Positions 12,667-25,065 of a DNA stretch of 64,000 bases are shown one piece after another. This DNA comes from Proteromonas lacertae (taxonomy: Eukaryota): the NCBI GenBank assembly GCA_002245135.1, contig NGBS01000300.1:124001-188000 (forward strand), given 5' to 3'. The number at the start of each line of letters is the position of its first letter. Positions within the stretch are counted from its first letter, which is position 1. The notes beneath the pieces are model-generated. The model was not told where the DNA came from, made no database searches, and worked only from the letters and a program-made list of their open reading frames with translations. Made by a program: the position numbers and the translations under genes.

Positions 12667-15600
12667 TTATATATTCAACTTCTTTGAACAATCACTACCT
12701 CCATATCCTCCAAAACATTTACATGTGCCTACACTATAATCACATATACCTCTACCACTACAATCTCGTTTCTCTTCACTACCACCATCTGGATCTTTCC
12801 CAGTTGGACATTCAACTAAACTACAATCAAATCCACGATATCCACTGGAACATTTACATCCATACACATAATCAGAAAATCCAAATGCATTATAAACAGC
12901 ATTATTTTCATCTATTATTTTCTTTACTAATACACATTCACCATTTCCATTACAATTATTTGGACAACTCATTTTAGCACAATTATTTCCACTATATCCA
13001 TCATAACATTCACATTCACCTGTCTTTCTATTACAATTACCTTGACCACTACATTCTACAAGAGGATGATAGTTATCATAAGATGAGGAAATTGGACCAG
13101 GTGAAAGATTTCCTATTTGTTTATCTGTTGTTATTGTATATTCTTCACTGTCTTGAAGAATTCTCTTATTCTCTGATAATAATCTTTGATTAGTTTTTGT
13201 ATTTTTAACTTCTATTATTTTAACTGAATTACCATCTCCATCTATTAATGATAATCCTTCTCTGAAATATTTGTTAAATACATCTTTAGCTTCTTCATAT
13301 ACTGTCAGATTGAATGAATTTCCATTTGCATTGTTTATGTAAAAAACCATTTTACCATCTTTTACAGTCATTATATTTTCTTTTACTTCTTCTCCATTTA
13401 TTAATACACAAATATTATCACTATTACATCTCACAATTTCAAATAATTCACTATTTTGAATTGATAATTTACTTCCATCAGTTTTCATTAATAAATATGG
13501 AGTTATTTTTTCTGAATTGTCTATTTTAGTATTTGTTGTAATGATTAATTTTAAATTCTCTCCAGCTAACATTCTTGATGAATTATCATTTAATAATCTT
13601 GCTCCTGCAGATTCTATTGTGTATGAAAATGTTCCTGTATATATTGTATTATCCTTATCATCAGGAGTTAGTATTTTTCTAAATGCAATATTTCCATTCT
13701 GTAATGGTTGTTTTACTCCCATATCAGTAAATAACTTTCCTAAACCTGCAATTGTAATAGCAGTACATGTATAAGGAGATTGACTTCCTGTACAAGTAAT
13801 GGATGATAATTGAACATTCTTTAATAACAATGATAAATCATTTTCTGTGGAAGTAACTTCACAAGATGATAATGATATTTCATTTTCAGTAATATCTTTT
13901 TTATCATATTCAATGAAATAACTTTTATCTGATTCCTGGTATGAATATATATTTCCATTGAATTTCTTTCCATTTACATCACTACATAATAATTTACCTC
14001 CATTTATTCCTATTCCTTCATACACAACATCGCTAACTTTAAAAATGTTTACATTTGTTATGCCTGTAAATTGTTCTGCTTTTGTTAATTTTAAAATACC
14101 ATTTCCTAAATCATTAACATAATAACCAATTTCACTATTTTGTATTGATAATTTATCTCCTTTAGAATTCATTAACAAATATGGAGTTATTGTAACTGAA
14201 TTTTCTATTTTTGTATTTGTTGTAATGATTAATTTTAAATTCTCTCCAGCTAACATTCTTGATGAATTATCATTTAATAATCTTGCTCCTGCAGATTCTA
14301 TTGTGTATGAAAATGTTCCTGTATATATTGTATTATCCTTATCATCAGGAGTTAGTATTTTTCTAAATGCAATATTTCCATTCTGTAATGGTTGTTTTAC
14401 TCCCATATCAGTAAATAACTTTCCTAAACCTGCAATTGTAATAGCAGTACATGTATAAGGAGATTGACTTCCTGTACAAGTAATGGATGATAATTGAACA
14501 TTCTTTAATAACAATGATAAATCATTTTCTGTGGAAGTAACTTCACAAGATGATAATGATATTTCATTTTCAGTAATATCTTTTTTATCATATTCAATGA
14601 AATAAACACCTGATTTATATGAATATATATTTCCATTGAATTTCTTTCCATTTACATCACTACATAATAATTTACCTCCATTTATTCCTATTCCTTCATA
14701 CACAACATCGCTAACTTTATACAAATTAACTTTTTCAGCATCACCAGTTGTAGTTACTTTCACTGCTTTTGTTAATTTAAAAGCACCATCAACATTATTT
14801 ACATAATTTCCAATTTCACTATTTTGTATTGATAATTTATCTCCTTTTGAATTTATTAATAAATATGGAGTTATTGTAACTGAATTTTCTATTTTTGTAT
14901 TTGTTGTAATTGTTAATTTCAAATCTCCAGCAGCTAATATTCTGGATGAATTATCATTTAATAATCTTGCTCCTGCAGATTCTATTGTGTATGTAAATGT
15001 TCCTGTATATATTGTATTATCTGTTGATGTTTTAAATGCAATATTTCCCTCAGTAGGTAATGGTTGTTTTATTCCCATATCAGTAAATAATGTTCCTAAA
15101 CCTGCAATTGTAGCAGTACATGTATAGGGAGATTTACTATCAACGTTACTACAACTAGTCAAACTAACTATAACATTTTTCAATAACAATGATAAATCAT
15201 TTCTCTTTGATATGACAATACAATCATATCCTTGCTCCAAACCTTTTTCCACATAAAAAGTATTAGCTGTTGTTGTATTACCATATACTATCAATTGAAG
15301 TACTTCTTTATTCTCTTTTTACATCTAATAACTCCACCAGATTTATCAAATCCTAAATCACCATCAAATGTTACTTTATTCAAAGTATATCCTCCTATTT
15401 CAACTGTTGTAGGTGTTTCTTTAACTTTTATTCCTGTTATTGCTAACATTCTCTTTTTTGGAACTTTTAATTCCATTATTAAATCAGTTGATTGATTTTC
15501 TTCTACTTCTAACTGTCGAGGTAATGGAGAACTACCTTCTGTTGTTGAAATCGAAAATGATTCACCAAGTGGACATTTTCCTATTTCACATTATTATACA

Positions 15601-15753
15601 TGTGTATCTTATACTCACTGAACAATCAGGACCTGTGTAACCATTACAACAAACACAAACTCCGTCTTTTGGAGTCCCATTTATACAGTTTAATCCATAG
15701 ACACAAACAATACAACTGCTTAATAATAATACAATAATCAGATTTTTAATCAT
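12667..15753 (-). CDS. Second secreted EGF-repeat Sig1/mastigoneme-like paralog with internal tandem repeats
   Basis: ATG 15753 gives a signal peptide, then CVCCNGYTGPDCS, an intron and CPLGESFS. Frameshift in an A-run near 15320. C-terminal EGF block is colinear with that of 4072-9042. Confidence 0.85.
13520..15210 (-). repeat. Intragenic tandem repeat, ~680 nt (~226 aa) period, about 2.5 copies
   Basis: 13521-14040 and 14205-14718 are near-identical (offsets 678-684 nt). A third, more diverged partial copy lies at ~14890-15210. Confidence 0.9.
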
Positions 15754-15876
15754 CACCTATTCAGAAAATCAAAAAAAATTATGATAGGCTTGACAAGAAT
15801 CCAAGCTATTTTATTTAAATTCAAATGAACAAATAATCAATCAAAATAGAATAATATTATCATTTAAACACGTATA

Positions 15877-17281
15877 TTAATCTTTTGATAAATCAGTTCT
15901 ACTCCTCATTTCCATCTATTATGCAATATAATATAAATATAGTAAAATACTTTGGCAGTTTCATTCAAATACTTCACAAATAACATCAATTCAACTGATT
16001 TACTATTGTGAATATAATAGGAATAAGTTTGTAATGGTAATTTTCTTAATGTCCTTCCACTTAATCCTTTCGTATTTTCTATCACTTCCAATAATAATTT
16101 CATTGTCTCATCATTCAATTTCATTATATTATTATTATTATTCATAATATCTTTATAATGAGGAAATATTTCATTATTATTATTACTATTAATTATTACA
16201 TTCTTCATCATTAATTCAATCAAACAAGTTCGAATTATTTCATATCGACATTCATCATTGGGTAATCCAATATATTGTTTTATATCAATTCGATCAATAA
16301 ATGCATCATCAATTGAACTACTGAGATTGGAAGTACTTAAGATTATTACATTCATATGTAATTTCAACTTATCAATTTGAGTTAATAATGCATTTACTAC
16401 TCGAATTGCATCAGATGGTTCATTTCCTAATATTGATGACTTTCTAGCTGAAGTAAGTGATTCAATTTCATCGATTAATACAAATATCAAAGATTCTTCA
16501 TTTTCTATTAATTCATTTATATAATTGAATAGTTTTAACACCAATTTACCACTTTCACTAAACCAACGACTGAATAAACTATGAGCATTGATTTCGATTA
16601 AATTACTTTGATTATAACTATTATATAAATATAAACTTTTAAATATTCAATTTATACATATGATTTAGTCGAATTGATAGTTTTTGAGCTATTCCTTTAC
16701 ATAGAGAGGTTTTACCTGTTCCTGGAGGTCCATGGAGTAGTATAATTCGATTCATTGAGATTATATCACTGTTGATGTTTAACTTGGAGAAATATATAGT
16801 GGTTTCGATATAGTTTAGTAAGTTTTGTTTTATATCTTCATCATAGATTAGTCTATATAATATTTTTCATATTTTGATATATTATACGAATCCCATAAAT
16901 CTTTGTATTCTATTGCTGGTAATATCCATTGATTGCAAGCTGGAACTCCTGATTCATTGTCTAATTCTTCTTCAAAATCACCATCACTACAGTATGAGAA
17001 GATGTGTATTACAAAATCTACTTGCCAGAATGGTAAATTGTTTAGGTTATTATCTATCTCTATCTTCAATGATAACAATATTTCATTTAAAGCAGAATTT
17101 GTTGAAAAGTCCATGTAACCTGATGAAATGACATTAAAAGTAGAGAGATATTGTAGAACATAATTGCGAATCTCTTCTAAAGCCATTGAACGTTCCTCTT
17201 TCATACATGCCTCAACTATGGTAATATAAGAAAATAAACTTAAATACCATGAACTTGAGTTTTTTCTATCAAATTTTGCAT
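15877..17281 (-). CDS. PCH2: Pachytene checkpoint 2 / TRIP13 AAA+ ATPase
   Basis: VHVEAC N-terminus, Walker A GPPGTGKTS, EINAHSLFSRWFSESGKLV, LIDEIESL and EPSDAIRVVNALLTQID. Confidence 0.92.
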
Positions 17282-17427
17282 TTGGAGCGAAAATATATTT
17301 TCAAATTAAATACATTTATAATACACTGTATTTATATGTATTTCACTTTATCTCAACAAATAACACAGTATTTATATATATAATAACAAATATATAGAGT
17401 ATATATATGTTATTTTTAATTATATTA

Positions 17428-18616
17428 CTAAACTTCATCACTAATATCTTTCAATGTCTGTAATATGAGTAAATTACCACAGAGAGGGCATGTAAAATAC
17501 ATAACTCCATTATCTGGAATATTAATCTTCTCATTACACTTTGAACATTTCACCAACTTTGGTCTCTTCCATGTTGCCTTAGTTTCTTCAATTCTTCTAT
17601 CTTCTTCCATCCTTTGTTGTATTTGTGATTTATATTTATAATTTGGAATCTCTAGAATTGAATGGAACGCTGTTCTTCCCCAATCTATTCCTTTGAGATG
17701 TAAAAATTCTAATATGTTGTTGATTTTTCCTTTATCAAATGGATTTTCATATCTACCATTTAGATTTCTATTATATATATATATGTTTTTATATACTGTA
17801 AATAAACTAATCTTGTCATATTATTTAACTCATGAAATGTCAAATTCAATAAAACACATGAAAATTCATCTTTTAAACAACCAAGAAGTGATAAACTATT
17901 CAAAGACTATTAATTAAAATAATAAATATTATATATATATATATATACAGAAACAATACATAATAATAATGTTTGACCAACTGTTGATTGAAATCTAGTC
18001 ATAAAAAACAATTTAAGAAATGAAGAAAGTGAGAAATAAAGGTAAAGTAATGATAAACACAATATTAATGTGAAATAACTTCTATGATTATTCCAACCAA
18101 TACATTTATTCATTAATAAACTATGTTTGTGAAAACAATTGACACAAGAGTCATCTTGAGGTCTAAAATTATAAATGTATATCAAAAATAAATAATACAA
18201 TGCACAATGACGTGATCTTACTCTGATAATTGCATCACAAAATTCACAAGTTCCAGTTCTATCCTCTCCTTCTCTACGATCGTTAATTATTCCAGGATTG
18301 CTGATAAAGCATATTATTGCTGATATTATTGCTATTACAACTAATGTGTATATGAATGAATTGAAAGATGAAAGACCTTTAGAATTATTAACGAATGCAA
18401 CAGAGAAACTACAACCTAATAGAAAGATATTTAAATATAATACAAAACCATAACATGAGTATTTGTGGAATTAATAAACTACCAACAAATCTACTTAAGA
18501 AAGAAGGAAGATTATAATGCATAAATGTTGAATATCTTCTCACAGTCAACTTCTATTACATTATAATACAAAATTCATCATACACATCCTTCTATTTGTC
18601 CTTCTAACATTCCCAT
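17428..18616 (-). CDS. DHHC palmitoyltransferase-like membrane protein with a degenerate active-site motif and a C-terminal Zn ribbon
   Basis: CEFC..RSRHC..CVNCFHKHS..NKCIGWNNHRSYF, TM segments, ENPFDKG and CSKC/CPLC. Confidence 0.7.
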
Positions 18617-18719
18617 ATTTCAAAAAATATTTCTTTGATTTTTCGCACACCACAAGTTATCAAATCAAGCCGCTTACTTTACACTTTAAAATCTCAATTA
18701 ATAAAAAGCAATAGTAATA

Positions 18720-19910
18720 ATGGCTATAGTAGGTGTAGATGCTACTAGAACTCAAGTAGGAGTTGGTCATAATTTTGATTTAAAAGACATAACAATAAAA
18801 GCAACTATCGGTGACGATTGTAGAACAAAATTAATGTACTACTTAAGCTGTTTTAGCTGTATATCAAAATTTTGTGAAGTGCATCCTCAATGGAGTAAGT
18901 ATACAGAATATAAAACTTGTAACAGTTGGACATTAGAAGAAGAAGAAGAGTTGTATCATATTTGTAGAGATGTAGTTACAGTGTCTAAAGCAAAAGAAAT
19001 AGGATTCATAGATGTTCCAGATGGTATCATAGGCACTTCTAATAAATTTTATGAAGTTACTAGTACAAATGTAGTTGTATTAAATCAAGTTCATGTTCAA
19101 ATATCTGCAAATTCTGTTTATGCTTCTAACCGGTTTATTGGAGCAAAAAGTGAAGTAAAATTTGAGATTATGTTCTATCAAAGATGTTGGATAAACAATA
19201 ATTATTATAATCCATTAAGAGATTTGTCCTATATGATAGATAGACATAAAAGAGAAAAAAGAGAAGCAGAAGAGAGAAGACTGAGAGAAATTAGAGAAGC
19301 TGAAGAAAGACGAGAAAGAGAAAGAAGAGCTGAAGAGGAAAGAAAAAGAAGGGAAGAAGAAGAAAGAAAAGAAAGAGATAGAAGAAGATTGCATAATGAA
19401 AGAGTATTAAGGAAGAACAGATATTGTTGTTGTTTATTATCAAAAAGAGATGATTCTAAACATCCAAATCTAGTTAAATTTGTGTTGATATTATATTTTA
19501 TTCATACAGTTGGTTTATCTTACTTATATTTACATGCAAATAAGGATTTGTATGATGAAAATCCATGGCTAAAATGGGTTCACTTAGCTGGTTTCATTGT
19601 ATCGATTAGTAATATAGTTTTGGGAATAATCTCAATGGTTTTTGTGTGTATTTCATGCTGTGTTGATAAATGGATTGTTTATGTTAGAATTATATTAGGA
19701 TTTATGATGTGTTTATCATTGGCATCTATACCACTTTCATATTTCATGTTTTTATACTTTGCTATAAGTGTTATACAGATGTTAATCTCATTAACAATGC
19801 TTTGTTTTAGTTGTGTGATTTACAAAGAAACTAAAGTAAAGCCAGCCTGTTTGTGTTTATGTTGTGGTGCAAGAAGGATAAAACATGATAAACTATATTA
19901 TGATCTATAA
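18720..19910 (+). CDS. Intronless hypothetical membrane protein (E/R-rich helix plus ~4 TM, Cys-rich)
   Basis: 396 aa ORF with a charged ER/K segment and a hydrophobic C-terminal third. Confidence 0.65.
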   Translation: MAIVGVDATRTQVGVGHNFDLKDITIKATIGDDCRTKLMYYLSCFSCISKFCEVHPQWSKYTEYKTCNSWTLEEEEELYHICRDVVTVSKAKEIGFIDVPDGIIGTSNKFYEVTSTNVVVLNQVHVQISANSVYASNRFIGAKSEVKFEIMFYQRCWINNNYYNPLRDLSYMIDRHKREKREAEERRLREIREAEERRERERRAEEERKRREEEERKERDRRRLHNERVLRKNRYCCCLLSKRDDSKHPNLVKFVLILYFIHTVGLSYLYLHANKDLYDENPWLKWVHLAGFIVSISNIVLGIISMVFVCISCCVDKWIVYVRIILGFMMCLSLASIPLSYFMFLYFAISVIQMLISLTMLCFSCVIYKETKVKPACLCLCCGARRIKHDKLYYDL

Positions 19911-20579
19911 TTTAAAAGAAATAAATATACATACACATATATAATATATTATTCATTTAAATATATATATATAATAAGTTGTTTATAGGGTATATATTCT
20001 TACCATATCCTCTTATAGGAGGTATAAGGGTTTTTCTAAGATATGCTGCTTGTGAATTGATATTTCAAATAATAGCAGGTGCATTAACAACTAATATCAT
20101 CAGCATAGCAATAGTGCTTTTGATGATGTGTATAATGTGTGGATTATACTCACAAATAAATCGTAAGACTGAATGTGTATGTTGTAATGTTTAACTTTCT
20201 TCACATTAATATTTCTATAAAATTTAAATATATATATCTATCCAATTGTTTGTAATATAATAATAATTGACAAAATTCTTTGAAATTACCTACATAGGAA
20301 GATATAATCCTTCCATTTCTTTTTTATTGTATTATACATTCCATTAAACCTATCTATATAATAAAAGCAATCCGTTAACACTCTATTTCAACATGTAGGC
20401 TCGAATATCAGTTTGAAAATCATTTTTCATTTTAAAAATTACAAACAATATATATAATATAATTATTATTATGTCGTTATATGTATATAGAATATTGATC
20501 ATTTTACAGAAGAAGAAGGATTAAAAAATAATAATATCCTCATTTTCTCTCTCCTTCTTATTCTTTACTAAGTAGTAGT

Positions 20580-21989
20580 CTATTTATATCCACTTTTCTT
20601 CTCAGATTTAGGAGAACGCATAGCAACCAAATGATCACCTTGACTTCTTCCTTTATCATCAACAGCAGTATGTTGAGAAATATAATTACGATTTAATGGA
20701 GTTCTATACATTGTCTCTTTCCTTTCATCATTATTATTGATATTATTATTATTATTGGTGGAAATAGTCAAATGATCCATACCAGATGATAATAATTTAG
20801 TATTTGCAACTGGATCTCCTACAAATCCACCTTCTTTCCACATTTGATCTTGTATACTACACAAATACTGCTGTTGTGGACCAATAATACTGCCAGGTCT
20901 GCATACACGTATATATCCAATGATTTCTGCAGCTGTAAAACCATAATGTTTCATTAAATAAGCACCAATACAAGTACCTGTTCTTCCTAATCCAGCTTTA
21001 CAATGAACTGCTATTGCATTTGGTTCTTTTTCACATGTATCAATAAATAGTTTCAATAAGTGATCTATATATAATAAATAAATAATAATAATAATAATAT
21101 ATAAATATATACTTGGTGGAATACTTCCATCTAAATAATATATAATTTGATGATTAATTCCATGTTTAACAAATCGATTTGGATCATAATTTTTTTTATT
21201 CAATTGAATCACTAATTTTATATTATGTGCTTTAAAGTATGATATGTAATCTTCTGGAGTTAATGTTATATACCCTTCTGGACTGTCATTATTGGTATTA
21301 TGAGGTCCAGCAAATGCTAAAAATTTTCCATTCACTATCCAATTAAAATCACCATTTTCAACCTATTTTATATATTAAAAAAAAAGAGATACTTTATCAT
21401 AATATTCGTATTCTTCGACATTGAAAGTAGTAAAATCAAAAAATTTATTTTTGTAGGCTTTATACAACCCTTTTATAACATCATACACTGTTAAATCATA
21501 AGTACAAATTCCTGGACTAGCATCATGGAATGGTTGTAACCTTGGCATTATTCCTTGGAAAGGACGATAAGCTTCTTCTGGAGTTTTGTTTAAATATAAA
21601 ACACCATAAGCTGATAAAAGATAAATAGCATTTGCTCTTTTATGTGGATGACTACCTGAGTAGTAATAAATCTTTTTTCGCCTTAGCGCTGGTGATGATA
21701 ATTTACTATATATGTATATTATTAACTGGTTATAACAAATAGAAATGAAAAACTGAATATACCTGTTAAGAAGCTGACAAAATCTATATAAATGCCCTAA
21801 GTTCAATGGACCAAAATCTAGATAAAAATTCCAATAAATAAATTGATCATCTATTGAAAAAAAGTGTTCTGTTGGACTTTGTCGTGGTTCTGAATGTAGA
21901 GCAACATAAAACAATCGACCAGGGATATATCTACAATATAATCGTCAGCAATCATACTCTATAGCATTTCTCATATCTAATCCCGACAT
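20580..21989 (-). CDS. CDC14: Cdc14 dual-specificity phosphatase
   Basis: FYLDFGPLNLG, VENGDFNWI, HCKAGLGRTG and RPGSIIGPQQ motifs. Short GT-AG introns. Confidence 0.95.
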
Positions 21990-22164
21990 TTTGGTTATTT
22001 ATTTACAAAAAAACTATATATGGTTAAATGATCGATAACTGTGCAATTTCTAGATTGTCAGAATTTTAGATAACCTCTAACAGAAGATAGTTTAAAAATA
22101 AAACTGACAGTTTGATTATGATCCGAGCCTGATGTTTGATAATTGAAATTGAATTTTTTCTAAA

Positions 22165-22921
22165 ATGAACATATTAATGAAAAGATGTGTAGTATGTTTT
22201 TTCGTTTATCAGTTTATTGATTGCTATAGATTGATCAATTGGGTATGGTAAATAAAAAGGGAACAAGAGGATGGGGTTGGTTTCATCAGGAATTAAAAAA
22301 TAGAACAATACCTACTCCAAAACCCAAACCAATCCCTAAACCTCCTGAAAATTTTAAAAGGAATATTGTATTTTTGGATTTAGAATCAGGTAAAAATGTA
22401 AAAGGTAGAGTAGAAATTGAATTATTTGTATATTATAATATTGAAATATGTATTAATAGAATGATATTGTTCCAAATACTTGTCAAAACTTCATAAATCT
22501 CTGCACTAAAGAACCAGGATACAAATCATCCAAATTCCATTATGTGAAAAGACAATTTGCAATATGTGCAGGAGATTATATTGATGGAAGTGGAAAGAAT
22601 AGTAAAAGTTCGTTTGAAAATAAGGATTTATTTGAAGATGAGAATTTTAAAATTCATTTTAATGAACCTTATTTGCTAGGGATGTTGAATAATGGAGTGG
22701 ATGAAAATGGATCACAATTCTTTATAAGTCTTGTTCCATTACCTCATTTAAGTATATATTTATAATTTATTTAAATTAATATATTTCATTTAGATGGAAG
22801 AAATGTTGGTTTTGGAATAGTAAAGAAAGGTAAAAAAGTTGTTGATGAAATAGGAAATATTTATACAAGTCATATGAAACCAATAGAAGATATTATAATA
22901 AAAGATTGTGGATTATTGTAG
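22165..22921 (+). CDS. Cyclophilin-type peptidyl-prolyl isomerase (divergent)
   Basis: GRVEIELF-NDIVPNTCQNFINLC, FEDENF, NGSQFFISL and LDGRNVGFG across three introns. Confidence 0.85.
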
Positions 22922-23052
22922 TTTTGTTAAAAGAATAAGATGAGTGTTATTTTGTTTTATTTATTATTTATATATTTTTTATAATGATAGAAAAATAAAT
23001 AATTCAAATAACAATAATATTCACATTTCTTTTAAATGTTATAAAAACAATA

Positions 23053-24736
23053 TTACAACGACTTATTTTCATTTTTTAAATTATCATAACCAGGACTTGC
23101 CAATCTTCTCATTCTAGGAACTTCTACTTTCACTATATCATCTAATTCATTTGTATTTCGTGGTAATTTTATCTTTGAACTTTGACAAAGTAATAAACCA
23201 GCATCTCTTATTTGAGGAATCATTTTTTCAAATAAACTTAAAGAAAATTCATTTCTTTCAGCCAATTCAGAAAAAAATGCTTTTTCAAACAACTCTCGAA
23301 GACTTACATCACTTAATAAATAATTTATACTTTTCTTAGAGTAATAATGTCTTTGAATAGCTAAAAGAAGAGGTAAAATAACTGAACAAGATCCTAAACC
23401 AATTGTAATTGTAGTTCCAGCTTTTATTAAACTATATAATATAAAAATAAATATAAAATAAATAAAAATATATAAATAAATACAATGACAATAAAGTCAA
23501 AGAACCAAGCGCAGTTAATACGATAAAAGGTGGGAAATATGTATCAAAATTAATCTTTCTTTTCTTCAACTTCAATTCATGTAATACTTTTATATGAATC
23601 TTCAATTTCTGACTATAATATAATAATCTGGTAATCAAATTGTCATCTCTACATTTTGGTGCATTTAGACATACATTCTTCACATCTTCACGACTTCTAT
23701 CTAAATCTTCAACCAATGAACTCAATAATGGTTTATTGATTTTAGGATCACTTTCAGGAACATACATTGTATAAATCCTTGGTAAATCTTTACGTGGAAT
23801 TACTTTAGATAAATTCCAACATAATGCACCATAAGCTCGACCATAATCATGAATCTTCGAGAATTGATCTGCTTTGTTTAATATGATATGTAATTTATGT
23901 TCATATCCAGGTAATGCTTTGGTTAAAACTTCTAAAGTTTCACCTGTTGTTCCTGGTTTATCAGGGTCAAAGAAGAATAATATTACATCAGCTCGTTCAG
24001 CAAACCATTTTGTTACACCAATAAAATCATATCCACGATCTCTACCTTCATTTGAGAATAATATATCGTTTAGATTGTAGGATGAATTGCTATTCATTTC
24101 TTTACTCTTTACTTCGTCATTACCATTTAGTATATAGTTATTATTATTAGAATTAGGATTATCTATCATTCCTGGACTATCTACAAACCAAATATTCTTT
24201 ACACTTAATCCTTTTCTCTCTTTTAACATCACATGATTGACTAACATTTGACCATACTGTTGTAAACCACTAAATCCTAGATCTGGATGTCCTACTAAGG
24301 AGGGACCATCATGATCTTGATTATCATTACTTGGAGCAATGATTGTAAAACCATCATCGGTTGGTGCTACTCCACTTTTTTGAATTTTTTGTTGAAGTAA
24401 ATAATTGATGAATGTACTCTTACCACTACTATGATTACCCATCACGAAAACCATTGGATAAGGAATAATTGATCCTTCAGCTCTATAGAAGTTAAAATCA
24501 AATCGAAGAAAGTATACTTTTCTATTGGACCTAATACTTTTGCATTTAATGGCAGTAAAACCTATTTAAAGTTATTTCAGATTAAAGGATCATACATCTG
24601 CGAATATTTGTTCAACTTGCTCTTTAATTGATTTTGATTCTACTTCTTTTACTGTATTGTAAAATGTTCTTCTGAATATAAGTGATTTAGTTATTTGACG
24701 TAACGGAAGTTTTACTATTCTATGAAATTTAATCAT
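23053..24736 (-). CDS. EHD/sarcalumenin-like dynamin-superfamily NTPase with presequence and TM hairpin
   Basis: GNHSSGKS P-loop, PTDDGF, DSPG, NKAD and YGALCWNLSKV. N-terminus MIKFHRIVKLPLRQITKSLIFRRTF. Two hydrophobic segments near the C-terminus and no EH domain. Confidence 0.8.
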
Positions 24737-25065
24737 TTTTTAAAAATTTATCAAGCCAGAAATCAAGCTATTTCAATTAATCATCAATATTGTTAGAGTG
24801 AAACATTTTTAATCGTTTCTTCTTTTGCTTTGATCATAAATATATCAAAAATGATCAGTATTTAATATTTATATGTCAAATAGTCATAGAATCCATTTTT
24901 CTTTTTGCTATTAAAACATTAAAAATACTTTAGTTTGTGTATTTAAAATGTTTACTAAAATAAACAACTATTTTTCTCTTCTCTATCCTTTTTTATACTT
25001 CATTTACATTTAACAAATGTAAATTGTCAATTAAAATCTATTTAGAAAATTGAATATTTTGGATT

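Noticed and set aside
15877..17281. PCH2/TRIP13 as evidence of meiosis
   Set aside because: TRIP13 also acts in the mitotic spindle checkpoint, so it is not diagnostic of sex.
4042..18646. E2F-like GCGAAAA/TTTTCGC sites near gene starts (4045, 17287, 18640)
   Set aside because: Only three short matches, too few to call from this window.
21364..21392. Cdc14 intron GTATCTCTT...TTTTTTAAT...AG as a GT-AG U12 intron
   Set aside because: It is only ~29 nt (major-intron size here) with weak 5' and branch matches, so it cannot be classified by eye.
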